A stretch of DNA of 64,000 nt from Chloroflexota bacterium. GTDB taxonomy: Bacteria > Chloroflexota > Chloroflexia > QHBQ01. Under the pieces are notes generated by a model that ran no database searches, was not told the origin of the DNA, and saw nothing but the letters and a program-made list of their open reading frames with translations. Below, piece after piece: positions 28,108 to 37,956 of the stretch (position 1 is its first letter; every line of letters begins with the position of its first letter). Location of the stretch: the NCBI GenBank assembly GCA_043754535.1, contig JAYUUN010000082.1, forward strand, positions 1-64,000, read 5' to 3'. Position numbers and translations under genes: made by a program.

Positions 28108-28139
28108 AGGGTCGGCCTCTGTGTGAGACCGACCCTTTG
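28108..28139 (+). terminator. Intrinsic terminator after RRM gene
   Basis: AGGGTCGG-CCTCTGTGTGAGA-CCGACCCT followed by TT. Confidence 0.6.
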
Positions 28140-28151
28140 CCTTGCCCCACG

Positions 28152-28180
28152 TTGCTACCCGCCCCTACTTGTGCTATAAT
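28152..28180 (+). promoter_or_regulatory. sigma70 promoter for TGT-like gene
   Basis: TTGCTA-N17-TATAAT with extended TG. Confidence 0.6.
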
Positions 28181-28217
28181 CCACCCCTCAACACTGCCAG
28201 CCTAGAACAGGGGGCCG

Positions 28218-29264
28218 ATGCTCGACTTCTACACCTCGCTAACCGTTACTACCAGCGATATCAACAAGATGGCCGCCTTGCTGACCGAAGCTGGGCAGTT
28301 GCAGCGCGCGTTCTCGCACATCCTGACCACTCCCATCTTCATGCACCCCGGCGCGCTGCTCCGCCTCCAAGCCCTCAGCGAGCAGATAGGAGCGCAGGTC
28401 TGCTTCGACAGCGCAGGCTATTACGTGCAAGTAGGCCGCATCAGCTATGACGACTTGTACTACAAGCTGCTGCTCTGCTACCGAGCCAACCCCTGGGCCG
28501 CCCGCTTCGTGCTACCCGACAACGTGCCGTGCAGCCAGGACGACGCGGCTACCGTCTGGCGCAAAGTACGCCAAACGGTGGAGATGAGTTGCCTGTTCTG
28601 GCGCGAATTGCCGCCCGCCATGCGCGCCCGTGCCGTCCCAGTCGTCCACGGCCACACCCCAGAGCAAATCGAATACTGCCTGCACCACTACCTGGCCCTC
28701 GGCAAGGTCGCCGCCCTCGGCTTCGGCAGCTTCGGCACCAGCGGCAAGGACAACGGCAGCAACACCGCCACCAACCAGGCGGTCACCAACGTGCGCCAGG
28801 TCGTCGCAGCAGCGACCGCCGCTGGGCTAGGTGTCCACCTTTTCGGCCTGGGCGTGCCAGCCCTGGTCGGCCTGATCGATAGCCTGGGGGCCAGTTCCTT
28901 CGACTCGGCTACCTGGTTGAAGGGCGCGGGCTTTGGTCAGGTCCATCTACCCTTCACCCGCAGCTACAACATCAGCCACCGTAGTATGCGCAGCGAGTTG
29001 CAGCAAGCTATCAGCCGCGCTGAGTTCGACCGCCTACGCACAATCACCGGCCACAGCTGCTACTTCTGCACCGATGTAGACAGGTTGAGCGACAGCAAAA
29101 TGCATCGGGCGATGCACAATCTACTCTCCATCCACGACTCGGTGGCAGCAGTCAACGAGCGCGAGCATCCCCAAATAGCTAGCATCTATGCCCAGAGTTC
29201 GCCAAAGTACAGGAAGGACTACCTCAGTTGGAGAGCGGCAATCAGCCAGCCAGCAGCGAGCTAG
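28218..29264 (+). CDS. Divergent tRNA-guanine-transglycosylase (TGT)/DpdA-like base-exchange enzyme
   Basis: FDSAGYYVQ (cf. DSGGF/YQ), LPD, VPVVHG (cf. VQG), GFGSF, VHLFG, SFDS (catalytic Asp), Zn site HSCYFC...HNL. Confidence 0.8.
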   Translation: MLDFYTSLTVTTSDINKMAALLTEAGQLQRAFSHILTTPIFMHPGALLRLQALSEQIGAQVCFDSAGYYVQVGRISYDDLYYKLLLCYRANPWAARFVLPDNVPCSQDDAATVWRKVRQTVEMSCLFWRELPPAMRARAVPVVHGHTPEQIEYCLHHYLALGKVAALGFGSFGTSGKDNGSNTATNQAVTNVRQVVAAATAAGLGVHLFGLGVPALVGLIDSLGASSFDSATWLKGAGFGQVHLPFTRSYNISHRSMRSELQQAISRAEFDRLRTITGHSCYFCTDVDRLSDSKMHRAMHNLLSIHDSVAAVNEREHPQIASIYAQSSPKYRKDYLSWRAAISQPAAS

Positions 29265-30160
29265 CCCAGCCGCTAGCCAGCAGCCCAGCCAAGAGCGCGA
29301 AGCTAGTCTTCCACGTACCGCCCGATGCCGGGCCGAACGAGACGCTAGCCCTGCTCAACACCCTGGCCCAGCACCCCAGCCAGCACTTCGCCAGCTTCAA
29401 GCAACTGTCGGCCCTGGCAGCGGAGACCTACGGCGCAGGCAAGCACGCCAACGATGCCCACCTGCTGGCCCAGATGAGCGGCCTGCTCCTACCCCCCCAC
29501 GGCAGCCAGCCAATCACCCTCACCCCGCTCGGCCAGCAAGTGGTAGCAGCACGAGAGGAGCGGCAGGTAGAGTTGATCCACTATCTGCTTTATGTCGGCT
29601 GGGACGAGATGCAGCCAGAGCGCAACGGCCCCCTCTGGACTTACCGCACCGTCTGCAACCTGTTGTGGGCAGAGGAGCAGGGGCCAATCAGCAGCAGCAG
29701 GCTAATCGGTGGGCTAGGGCTGCGCGCCGAAGCCGACTTCGCCAACAGCCCCGCCTACCAACAGACCCGCCTATCGGTCAGCAGCAAGACAGTCAGTGGG
29801 GTCACCCGCTGGCTAGCCGCCCTGCAACCACCCGCAGTGCAGGCGGGGCTGTTCAGCCGCCGCCCAGTTTGTAGCCGCGCTCTGCTCCTACTAGCTATCG
29901 CCTACGTATACCGCGATGCCCTCGGCCAACCCGACCAAAGCGGACGGCTAGTTAGTGCCGAACTGCTACTCAGCCGCGAGCGGCGCGAAGCCCTCTGCCA
30001 ACTCTGTCTGCTCGAACCAGCGACGCTCGACCGCCTGCTAGATAGCGTAATCGGCACCTACCCCGCCTACCTCAGCCAGGGGACGCGAGCAGGCACCCTC
30101 GGTCGCTTCCTCCGCCTGCTACGCTTGCCGCGCCTCACCGATGTGGGGCTGCTACTCTAG
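29228..30160 (+). CDS. Hypothetical protein, probably tandem winged-helix
   Basis: 310-aa ORF overlapping TGT-like gene, AGGAAGGA before TTG; GLL...ITLTPLG wing-like motif; no catalytic motif recognised. Confidence 0.7.
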   Translation: MESGNQPASSELAQPLASSPAKSAKLVFHVPPDAGPNETLALLNTLAQHPSQHFASFKQLSALAAETYGAGKHANDAHLLAQMSGLLLPPHGSQPITLTPLGQQVVAAREERQVELIHYLLYVGWDEMQPERNGPLWTYRTVCNLLWAEEQGPISSSRLIGGLGLRAEADFANSPAYQQTRLSVSSKTVSGVTRWLAALQPPAVQAGLFSRRPVCSRALLLLAIAYVYRDALGQPDQSGRLVSAELLLSRERREALCQLCLLEPATLDRLLDSVIGTYPAYLSQGTRAGTLGRFLRLLRLPRLTDVGLLL

Positions 30161-31128
30161 CCCCCAGCAACCCGCTCAAGCACAATCTGCGCCTCCTGGG
30201 GCCGACCTTCGGCGGATAGCTGCTGCGGGCAGAGACGTTGGTAGGGGCAGTAGCGGCAGGCTTGCTCCTGCTCGGCAATGGGCAGCCGGGCCAGCAAGTC
30301 AGCTTCGTAGCGGCCTTCGCCCAGCACCGCGCGCAGGGCGGCAATCCCCTCGTTAACAAAGCCCTCCGTCTCTGCCAGGCGGTCAGCATCAAAAGGATGT
30401 TTGTGAACCAGGTTCTTGAGCAGGTTGACTTCGTAGAGGTTAATCTGCGCAGCACGCTCCTGCGGCCAGCCACCACTGCGAATCAAGGCCCAGGCGTAGA
30501 CTTGCAGTTGGCGGGCGTAGTCGCTGCTCTCACTCTCCGACACCTTCCAGTCCACTATCGTCGGCTCCCCCCGCTGGCGCAAGCTAATCAGGTCGAGGTT
30601 AGCACTGACCGCCATGCCATCCTGCACCAGGCGTAGCGGCCACTCGCTACGCTGGTTCCAACCCGCATAGAGTTCGGTCAGCAACTCGCGCTGGCTAGCC
30701 AGGTTGCGGAAGGCCGTCGCGATGTTCGCCTCCACCCGCTCCAAGTCGCTCACCGCCAGGGCTGGGCCAAACTCATGCTCGAACAGCGCGCCGTAATCCT
30801 CCCCCGCACTCGCCTTGCTAATCGGCTGGCGATAGCGTTGAGCAGCAGAGTAGGCAAACTGCCGCTGCGCTCTGGCAACCGCAATCGCAGTCAACGCAGC
30901 GGGGTCGGGCCGCTCGCGCACTCGCAGCAAGCTGAGGAATGTGGTCGCCAACACACCATGCACGAGGCTGCCCTGCCAGGCGCGTACTTGCTGCACCTGC
31001 TTAAGGACGTAGACCTCACGGCGCAAGGTATCGCGCGCGTTGTGCGAAGCTACGACCTGGTTGTAGGCCAACTGCCGCTGACACCGCCGCCGCGCCCCAT
31101 CTGCCGAATACGACCACTTTACACTCAT
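30157..31128 (-). CDS. PD-(D/E)XK nuclease, Cas4/AddB-like
   Basis: WSYS...C, GSLVH, NLDLI, IVDWK, QLQVYA, C-terminal CRYCPYQRLC. Confidence 0.88.
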   Translation of the reverse strand: MSVKWSYSADGARRRCQRQLAYNQVVASHNARDTLRREVYVLKQVQQVRAWQGSLVHGVLATTFLSLLRVRERPDPAALTAIAVARAQRQFAYSAAQRYRQPISKASAGEDYGALFEHEFGPALAVSDLERVEANIATAFRNLASQRELLTELYAGWNQRSEWPLRLVQDGMAVSANLDLISLRQRGEPTIVDWKVSESESSDYARQLQVYAWALIRSGGWPQERAAQINLYEVNLLKNLVHKHPFDADRLAETEGFVNEGIAALRAVLGEGRYEADLLARLPIAEQEQACRYCPYQRLCPQQLSAEGRPQEAQIVLERVAGG

Positions 31129-31204
31129 CTAGCTGCCCTCTGCGCCAAGTATACCAGCTGGCAACTGGCTTGGGAAGGAGATTGGCAAAAGGCAGACGGT
31201 ATAT

Positions 31205-31480
31205 GGTAGAAGGTCAATAGGCACAACACCAGGAGCAAAGAAACCTGTCCTGACTGTCAATCCAACGCCAAAACCAACAAGGTTGGGGTCAACCTTAGTG
31301 GTTCCCACCGCTGGTACTGCCATCCCTGTCGTCGTACTTTTACCCTAGTGTCAAATACATTGGACATCCGCCAGAGACAATGTGGCTGGTACTCAGTGGC
31401 TTGGGCGAAGGTTTGGCCCAACGCGCCGCCCACCTGGTGGGGGTCAGCCACACCACCGTTGCTAACTGGCGTAAGCAAGA
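31205..31480 (+). mobile_element. IS1-family InsA remnant (frameshifted)
   Basis: TCPDCQSNAKTNKVGVNLSGSHRWYCHPCRRTFT zinc ribbon; HTH EGLAQRAAHLVGVSHTTVANW in another frame; possible end GGTAGAAGGTCAA. Confidence 0.75.
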
Positions 31481-31559
31481 GCAGCAGCGTGGCGGGCTGG
31501 TTCGAGCTGGGAGGACTTTGAGGTGGATGAGGGGTGGAACAACGGACATGGCCTCACCC

Positions 31560-31990
31560 TCGCGACGCAGGCTGGTTAGCAGTGCAATGCTCAACCAGTA
31601 TGGGCGGTGGCGGCACTTGGGTCAGGTATTTATGGTTGAACGCATGGTGTGGCGCAACGATGGTACGCTTAGGCAGCACAAAGTGAGCTATGACATCACC
31701 AGCCTGTCGCGCTAGCGTGCGAACGCAATGCAGTTAAACGTGCTGCTACGGCAACGCTGGGGTGTTGAGAACGGGCTGCACTGCCGTCGTGACAAGACGT
31801 TGGGCGAAGACCAGCAGCGACGGAAACGAGGCGGGCGGGACCAACGCTGGCAATCCTCAACAACATAGCGATTAGCTTGGTTGGTAAGCGTAGCTTGGCG
31901 ACGGCACAACGCGAGTACATCGCCTTCCCTCACAAGGTGGTACAGCTACTTGCCTCTGCACCCTGACCCTGATTACGCAACAGACCCTAC
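31560..31990 (+). mobile_element. ISAs1-family transposase C-terminal remnant
   Basis: WRHLGQVFMVER...SYDITSL, in-frame TAG at 31713, then RQRWGVENGLHCRRDKTLGED. Confidence 0.75.
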
Positions 31991-32076
31991 AGGTTGTGCA
32001 ACAGCGATTGACACTTTCCCCTCTCTTGTGGTACGATCCTGGCGACAGATACGCTGATGATCAGGAGCAAAGTTCG

Positions 32077-34503
32077 ATGGCTGACCAACCGCAGAACGCT
32101 TCACTCAACAACCTCTCCCCTGCTGCCCGGCCATGCTACGATCAGGCGAAGGAGACAGCCTGGCAACTCAAGTCCACCACCCTCAACACCACCCATCTGC
32201 TGATCGGTTGCTTGCGTGGTGCGCCCGATACCTTTGCTAGCTTGCTCCAGAGCGGCCACAGCGGTGACCAGCAGTTCGCCAGCACTACAATCTTGGCCGA
32301 TGCCATGCGCGCGGCAGTGGCCGCTAGTATAAGGCTAGCCCTGTCAGACAGCGAGAGAGCGATCAATCTCGTAAGCGATGTTAGAGACTTCGTTGCAGAA
32401 GCGGCAAGCACCGACCCCACGCCACCTGAGAGGCCGAAGCTCAAGCCGACTGCCAAGCTGCGTGCTGCTATGGTGGCCGCCAACCAGCTTGCCAGCAGCG
32501 GCCTGATCGAGCCTGTTCACCTGCTGCTTGCAGCCCTCGCCAACCAGGAGGACGACAGCCTGCTCCGCAACCACGGCTACGACGCACCGACCTGGACGCA
32601 GGTGCTAGAGGCACAGGCCACAGCCCGCAGCCAAAGTGTACAGAGCGACCCGCGTGAGGCAGAGCAACTGCGCCTTAACCAGCAACCTACCCCCTACTTC
32701 GAGAAGTACACCCGCGACCTCACTCAAATGGCCCGTGATGGCAAGCTCGGCCCGGTTGTGGGCCGCGAACGGGAGATTCGAGCGGTGATTGAGGTGCTGT
32801 GCAAGCTGAACAAGAATAACCCCGCCTTGATTGGCGAACCAGGGGTGGGCAAAACGGCTATCGCCGAGGGGTTGGCGATCCAGGTCTCCAGCAACGATGT
32901 GCCTCCACAACTACGTCATCGCCGCGTTGTTGCTTTGGATATGTCTTCACTAATCGCTGGAGCTACCTATCGTGGCGAGTTTGAGGATCGCTTGCGGGGG
33001 GTGATCAACGAGGCGCGTAGCAGCCATGCCATCCTCTTTATTGACGAACTGCACACCCTGATTGGGGCGGGTAGTGCCGAGGGCGCACTGGATGCCGCCA
33101 ACATCCTCAAGCCACCCCTGGCCCGGGGCGAGATCGCTTGTGTTGGCGCGACGACGGCTCATGAGTACCGTAAGTACATTGAGCGCGATGGTGCGCTGGA
33201 ACGCCGCTTCCAGCCACTTACCGTCAGCGAACCAACTCCAGAGGCAACTATCTCTATCCTGCAAGCGATGCGCCCACGCCTGGAAGCGCATCACAACCTT
33301 AGCATCACCGACAACGACATTCGCACCGCCGTTGACCTGGGCCGCGTCTATCTGCGTAACCGCTTCTTCCCTGACAAGGCAATTGATATCCTGCAAACCG
33401 CCGCCGCCCGCGCCGAGATTGCCGCCTACGAGCAGACCAAAGCTCCCAGCAACAAGGGCGCAGTCCGCCTGGCCGACTACCTGCGCTCTGTGGTCAGCGA
33501 AATGGCAAACCTGCCCCTGGAGAACTTTGATGACGAGCAGCTAGCCAAGTACGCAGATATGGAGAGGTTTTTGGATGCGCGAGTGGTCGGGCAGGAGGAA
33601 GTGGTAGCGCGGGTCAGCAATGCAATCCGCCTTTGCAAACGGCGGCTAGACATCAATCCGATGCGGCCTGACGGCGTGTTCCTCTTTATGGGGCCGCCAG
33701 GGGTGGGTAAGACCGAGCTGGTAAAGTCGCTAGCTGAGTTCCTCTTTGCCGACCGCGAGCGAATCATCCGCCTGGATATGAGCGAGTTCAGTGCCGAGTT
33801 TTCGATCACCCGGCTGATCGGTGCGCCGCCTGGCTACGTTGGCTACGACGAAGGCGGGCAGCTCACCGAGAAGATTCGCCGTCAGCCCTTCAGCATCATC
33901 TTGTTGGACGAGATCGAGAAGGCACACCCGCAGGTGCAAAGTGCCTTCCTGCAAATCTTCGATGATGGCCGCCTGACGGATGGGCAGGGGCGCACCGTTT
34001 ACTTCAGTGACGCAACGATCATCATGACCTCCAATGTTGGCAGCGACCTCTCTACCAAAGGCCGCTTCGGCTTCAAGCCGACTGCGGGCAAGATAGCGAG
34101 CGGGCATGAGGAGGTCATGGAGGTGCAGATTAAGGATGTCTACGCCGAGGCCCGCAAATACTTCTCCCTGGAGTTGCTCAATCGGGTGGACGAAATCCTG
34201 CTGTTCAAGCCGCTCAACCGTGAGGGTGCATTGGTGATCACCCGCCAGAAGCTAGACCTGCTACGCGATCAACGCTTCAAGCCAGAGGGCTTGGCGGTCG
34301 AGTTCGCCCCCGGTGTGGCCGAACTGATCGTGGCGCGGGGCTTCAGTGCGCAGCAAGGCGCACGACAGCTTGAGCATACGATTGACGAGCTTATCCTTGG
34401 CCCCATGGCCCGCGCCATGTTCCGCAAGGACTGGAATAATAGCAAGCAGATCAAGGTTGGTATCCAAAACGACGAGATTACCATTGCCCCCCTAGCAGTA
34501 TAG
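32077..34503 (+). CDS. ClpA/ClpC-type AAA+ ATPase lacking the middle domain
   Basis: Two Clp_N repeats; NBD1 [23 protein letters not shown]2 [22 protein letters not shown] loop; very short NBD1-NBD2 linker. Confidence 0.93.
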   Translation: MADQPQNASLNNLSPAARPCYDQAKETAWQLKSTTLNTTHLLIGCLRGAPDTFASLLQSGHSGDQQFASTTILADAMRAAVAASIRLALSDSERAINLVSDVRDFVAEAASTDPTPPERPKLKPTAKLRAAMVAANQLASSGLIEPVHLLLAALANQEDDSLLRNHGYDAPTWTQVLEAQATARSQSVQSDPREAEQLRLNQQPTPYFEKYTRDLTQMARDGKLGPVVGREREIRAVIEVLCKLNKNNPALIGEPGVGKTAIAEGLAIQVSSNDVPPQLRHRRVVALDMSSLIAGATYRGEFEDRLRGVINEARSSHAILFIDELHTLIGAGSAEGALDAANILKPPLARGEIACVGATTAHEYRKYIERDGALERRFQPLTVSEPTPEATISILQAMRPRLEAHHNLSITDNDIRTAVDLGRVYLRNRFFPDKAIDILQTAAARAEIAAYEQTKAPSNKGAVRLADYLRSVVSEMANLPLENFDDEQLAKYADMERFLDARVVGQEEVVARVSNAIRLCKRRLDINPMRPDGVFLFMGPPGVGKTELVKSLAEFLFADRERIIRLDMSEFSAEFSITRLIGAPPGYVGYDEGGQLTEKIRRQPFSIILLDEIEKAHPQVQSAFLQIFDDGRLTDGQGRTVYFSDATIIMTSNVGSDLSTKGRFGFKPTAGKIASGHEEVMEVQIKDVYAEARKYFSLELLNRVDEILLFKPLNREGALVITRQKLDLLRDQRFKPEGLAVEFAPGVAELIVARGFSAQQGARQLEHTIDELILGPMARAMFRKDWNNSKQIKVGIQNDEITIAPLAV

Positions 34504-34520
34504 CCACAGGAGGTCACAGG

Positions 34521-35102
34521 ATGGCGGGATACAACGTTACCAGGGAAGATATCGAGAGGTTCTTTAACGAGGCGGGTTGGAAGTTTAGCAAGAGCGATGA
34601 CGACTGGGAAGTGCGCTATCGGGGCGACGTGCGCGACTGGATATACTACGTGCGCCTGACCGACTACTGGCTCTACTTCTACGCCACTGTGCTGAACAAG
34701 GTGCGCGACGAGTGCAAGCCTGCTCTGCACGAACACATAGGCTATCTAAACTACAAGATCAATCTGGGTAAGTATTCGATCAACAATAGCGGTGGTATCA
34801 GCCTGGGGGTCGAGCTGCCGCGTGAGAATATGCAGCAGAGCCAGTTGAGTGACGCATTGGCCGCCCTATCGATCAACTCAGATGAGCAGTACATAGAGTT
34901 GCTCAACCTCGCCAACGAGCCGGGCAAGGTCTCCTCGCTGCGGCCCAACCCCACCCAGGCTGACACCCCACCCTCGCCCTCGGCCCCACCGACCCCGCCC
35001 AGCAGCGGCCCAGCAAGCGGCGGCGCAACCTCTCTAGCCGAAGATAGCGATCTTGACCTCAGCGACGAGAACGATAGCAGCCCCAATCAGCCAGCTAGCT
35101 AG
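34521..35102 (+). CDS. YbjN/T3S-chaperone-fold protein with Pro/acidic tail
   Basis: ~130-aa alpha/beta domain (LNYKINLGKYSIN..GGISLGVELP) + disordered tail; AGGAGG RBS. Confidence 0.75.
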   Translation: MAGYNVTREDIERFFNEAGWKFSKSDDDWEVRYRGDVRDWIYYVRLTDYWLYFYATVLNKVRDECKPALHEHIGYLNYKINLGKYSINNSGGISLGVELPRENMQQSQLSDALAALSINSDEQYIELLNLANEPGKVSSLRPNPTQADTPPSPSAPPTPPSSGPASGGATSLAEDSDLDLSDENDSSPNQPAS

Positions 35103-35164
35103 CATTAGCCCGCCCTGCCGCCTGATTGGCCGCAGGGCATTACCTTGCGAACGGAGGATCACCA

Positions 35165-35833
35165 ATGGATGCCACAGCCGAAGATATTGAGCGTTTCTTT
35201 GCTGATGCGGCCTGGTCTCACAGCCGCCTGGAAGGAGAAGATTGGGAGACACGCTATTCTGGCACCCACACCAACCAGGTCTTCACCATCCGTATGACTC
35301 GCTTCTGGGTCTACTTCTATGCTACCCTGATCAACAAGATTGAGGAGAGCTGTCGCCACAATACATACGAGTTCCTGGTGATGCTCAACTACAAGATCAG
35401 CTTTGGCAAGTTCTCGATAGACAAGTCGAACCGCATCTGCCTCGGTGTTGAGGTACCGCGTGAGAACCTGCAATCTAGCGTCTTCAAAGATGCACTGAAC
35501 ACTATCAGCTACCTGATCGACGAACACTTCCGCGAGTTGCTCAATGTAGCGACCGACCCAGCCTATGTCACTAGCCTCAAGCGCGAGGAGCAGGAGGCTG
35601 GTAGTACAACCACCCAGCCAACCGCCTCTGCAGCCAATGACGAAGATGTGGACTGGAGCGACGATGACCTGGACGACGATCTTGACAGTGACGATGACGA
35701 CGAGCCAACCACCAGCGCAGCTAACGATGCGCCAGTGATGCCACTGCCACCGCGTACTGTACTGCCGCTCCCACCTCCCCCAACCCCTGACGATGATACT
35801 GACCCCCAGCCGCCTGAGCCACGCCCATTGTAG
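35165..35833 (+). CDS. YbjN/T3S-chaperone-fold protein, paralog 2, with Asp-rich and Pro-rich tail
   Basis: Aligns by eye with upstream gene (EDIERFF, YFYAT, LNYKI, LGVE.PREN.Q); GGAGG RBS. Confidence 0.75.
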   Translation: MDATAEDIERFFADAAWSHSRLEGEDWETRYSGTHTNQVFTIRMTRFWVYFYATLINKIEESCRHNTYEFLVMLNYKISFGKFSIDKSNRICLGVEVPRENLQSSVFKDALNTISYLIDEHFRELLNVATDPAYVTSLKREEQEAGSTTTQPTASAANDEDVDWSDDDLDDDLDSDDDDEPTTSAANDAPVMPLPPRTVLPLPPPPTPDDDTDPQPPEPRPL

Positions 35834-35887
35834 ATAGTCAGCCTAAGCCCTCCTTTCTACTTTCCCCTGATTTGGTATAATAGCCCG

Positions 35888-36598
35888 GTGAACGCAACTA
35901 CCCTCGCCCAAACTATTGCTGCCAACCTTGCTCGCGTTGAGGAGCAGGTAGCTGCTGCCTGCGTCGCTGCTGGTCGTCCACGCAACGAGGTAGCGATCTG
36001 CGCGGTGAGCAAGACGCAGCCTGCCACAGCAGTAGCTGCCGCTATCGAGGCGGGGCTGACCCTGTTTGGCGAAAACTATGTGCAGGAGACGGAGAAGTTC
36101 GCACCCTTTGCCGCCGCCCACCTGCACCTGATCGGCCATCTACAAAGTAACAAGGTACGCAAGGCGTTGGCCCGCTGCCAGGCGATCCAGACGCTAGATA
36201 GCACAAAGCTGGCGACGACATTGGAGCGAGAGTGGGCTAGCCTCGGCACAGGTCAGCCGCTAGCCGTGTTCATCGAGGTGAATGTAGCGGGTGAGGCAAG
36301 CAAGAGTGGGGTCAGCCGTGAGCAGGCGCACGAGTTGGCGGGCTATGTGGCCGAACACGCCCCCCATCTCCGCATCGCTGGGCTAATGACTATCGCTCCG
36401 GCTGGGGCGAGTGAGGGTAAGCTGCGGCCCCTGTTTGCCAGCCTGCGTAACTTGCGCGACGACCTCCGCCGTCAACTGCCGCCCGCCCACCCTTGTGCAG
36501 AACTGAGCATGGGCATGAGCGACGACTTCGCTGCTGCCATCGCGGAGGGCGCGACCATCATCCGCCTGGGGCGCGCCCTTTTTGGAGCGCGCCCTTGA
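35888..36598 (+). CDS. yggS: PLP homeostasis protein YggS
   Basis: AVSKT, FGENYVQE, IGHLQSNK, SKSG, GLMTI, LSMGMSDDF, IRLGRALFG. Confidence 0.96.
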   Translation: MNATTLAQTIAANLARVEEQVAAACVAAGRPRNEVAICAVSKTQPATAVAAAIEAGLTLFGENYVQETEKFAPFAAAHLHLIGHLQSNKVRKALARCQAIQTLDSTKLATTLEREWASLGTGQPLAVFIEVNVAGEASKSGVSREQAHELAGYVAEHAPHLRIAGLMTIAPAGASEGKLRPLFASLRNLRDDLRRQLPPAHPCAELSMGMSDDFAAAIAEGATIIRLGRALFGARP

Positions 36599-37956
36599 GC
36601 AGCGACTTCCTCCAGAGCTTGAGCCAGGCTTTCGTGGCGGCAGGCTATCGCCTCTACCTGGTGGGTGGCTGCGTGCGCGACCAGATGTTGGGCCGTTTGC
36701 TGCACGACCTCGACTTGACCACCGACGCACCGCCCGCCGTCACCCTACGGCTGGCAAAGTCGCTGGGGGCCAACACCTACAGCCTGGGCGAGAAGTTTGG
36801 CACGATCAGCATGATCGCAGACGATACTGTTATAGAAGTGACCACCTTTCGGGCTGCTAACCCCGGCCAGTTCAGCCGCGACCTGCGCGAAGACCTTGCC
36901 CACCGCGACTTTACGATCAACGCCCTCGCCCGCGACTTGCAGAGTGGCACCCTGCATGACTACTGGGGAGGGGCAGATGACTTGCGGGCGGGTATCATCC
37001 GTGGGGTGGAGAACCCTGCTGCCCGCTTTGCCGAAGACCCAGCCCGCCTGGTGCGTGCCGTGCGCTTCGCTGCCCAGTTTGGCTTCCAGATCGAGCCAGC
37101 CACCGCCGTGGCGATTACCGCCGCCGCCCCCACCCTGCGGGCGATCAGCCCAGAACGGGTAGGCCGTGAGATTAGCCGCCTGCTAGTCAGCGACCGCCCA
37201 GCACTGGGCATCGAACTGCTGGTCAACCTCGGCCTCGCGGCGGTCTGCCTGCCAGAGCTAGAGGCGATGCGCCAAATGCCACAAGGGGACTTTCGCCACA
37301 AGGATGTTTACAACCACACCCTACTGGTTCTCGGCAAGGTAGCCCCCAGCCCGCTGCTGCGCTGGACTGCCCTGCTGCACGACATTGCCAAGCCGCAGAC
37401 CTACAGCGTGGAGAACGGTGAGGTTCACTTCTTCGGCCATGAGGTAGTAGGAGCGCGGATGGCCCGCGAGATGATGAGTCGTCTGCACTCGGAGCCAACC
37501 GAACTGGTAGCTCAGGTCAGCCGCCTGGTAGAATTGCACCTGCGTGCCGGGTTGTACGAGGCTGACTGGACGGACGGGGCGGTGCGTCGCTTCATTCGCG
37601 AGTCGGACACAGTGCTGGAGCCACTACTCGCTTTCGCTCGTGCTGACCTGACCACTGCTAACCCGCGCAAGCTACTAGCGGGTGAGCAGAAGATCGACCA
37701 GTTGGCCGAGCGCATTGCCAACTTGCAGGCGCAGGCTGAGGTAGCCAAGATGCACAGCCCTTTGGACGGCGACGACCTGATGGCTCTCTTTAGCCGCCCA
37801 CCCGGTCGCTGGATCGCCGAAATCAAAGACTACCTACTCAATCTTGTCCTGGATGGGAGCCTCAGCCAGGAGGACAGGGTGACTGCCACTGCCCTTGCCC
37901 TTCAGTTCGTGGCGGCCAACGCAGCGGGTCGGCCAACAGAGCCTAAGAGCGGGTAG
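36595..37956 (+). CDS. CCA-adding tRNA nucleotidyltransferase / poly(A) polymerase family with HD domain
   Basis: VGGCVRD, DLDLTT, EVTTFR, HRDFTINA, EDPARLVRAVRF, LLHDIAKP. Confidence 0.92.
   Translation: MSSDFLQSLSQAFVAAGYRLYLVGGCVRDQMLGRLLHDLDLTTDAPPAVTLRLAKSLGANTYSLGEKFGTISMIADDTVIEVTTFRAANPGQFSRDLREDLAHRDFTINALARDLQSGTLHDYWGGADDLRAGIIRGVENPAARFAEDPARLVRAVRFAAQFGFQIEPATAVAITAAAPTLRAISPERVGREISRLLVSDRPALGIELLVNLGLAAVCLPELEAMRQMPQGDFRHKDVYNHTLLVLGKVAPSPLLRWTALLHDIAKPQTYSVENGEVHFFGHEVVGARMAREMMSRLHSEPTELVAQVSRLVELHLRAGLYEADWTDGAVRRFIRESDTVLEPLLAFARADLTTANPRKLLAGEQKIDQLAERIANLQAQAEVAKMHSPLDGDDLMALFSRPPGRWIAEIKDYLLNLVLDGSLSQEDRVTATALALQFVAANAAGRPTEPKSG

Noticed and set aside
28218..29264. Calling this the housekeeping tgt
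   Set aside because: Missing canonical N-terminal Tgt motifs, altered zinc site, and no queA/yajC context
30157..31128. Calling the nuclease cas4 of a CRISPR locus
   Set aside because: No array or other cas genes; the motifs are shared by many solo PD-(D/E)XK nucleases
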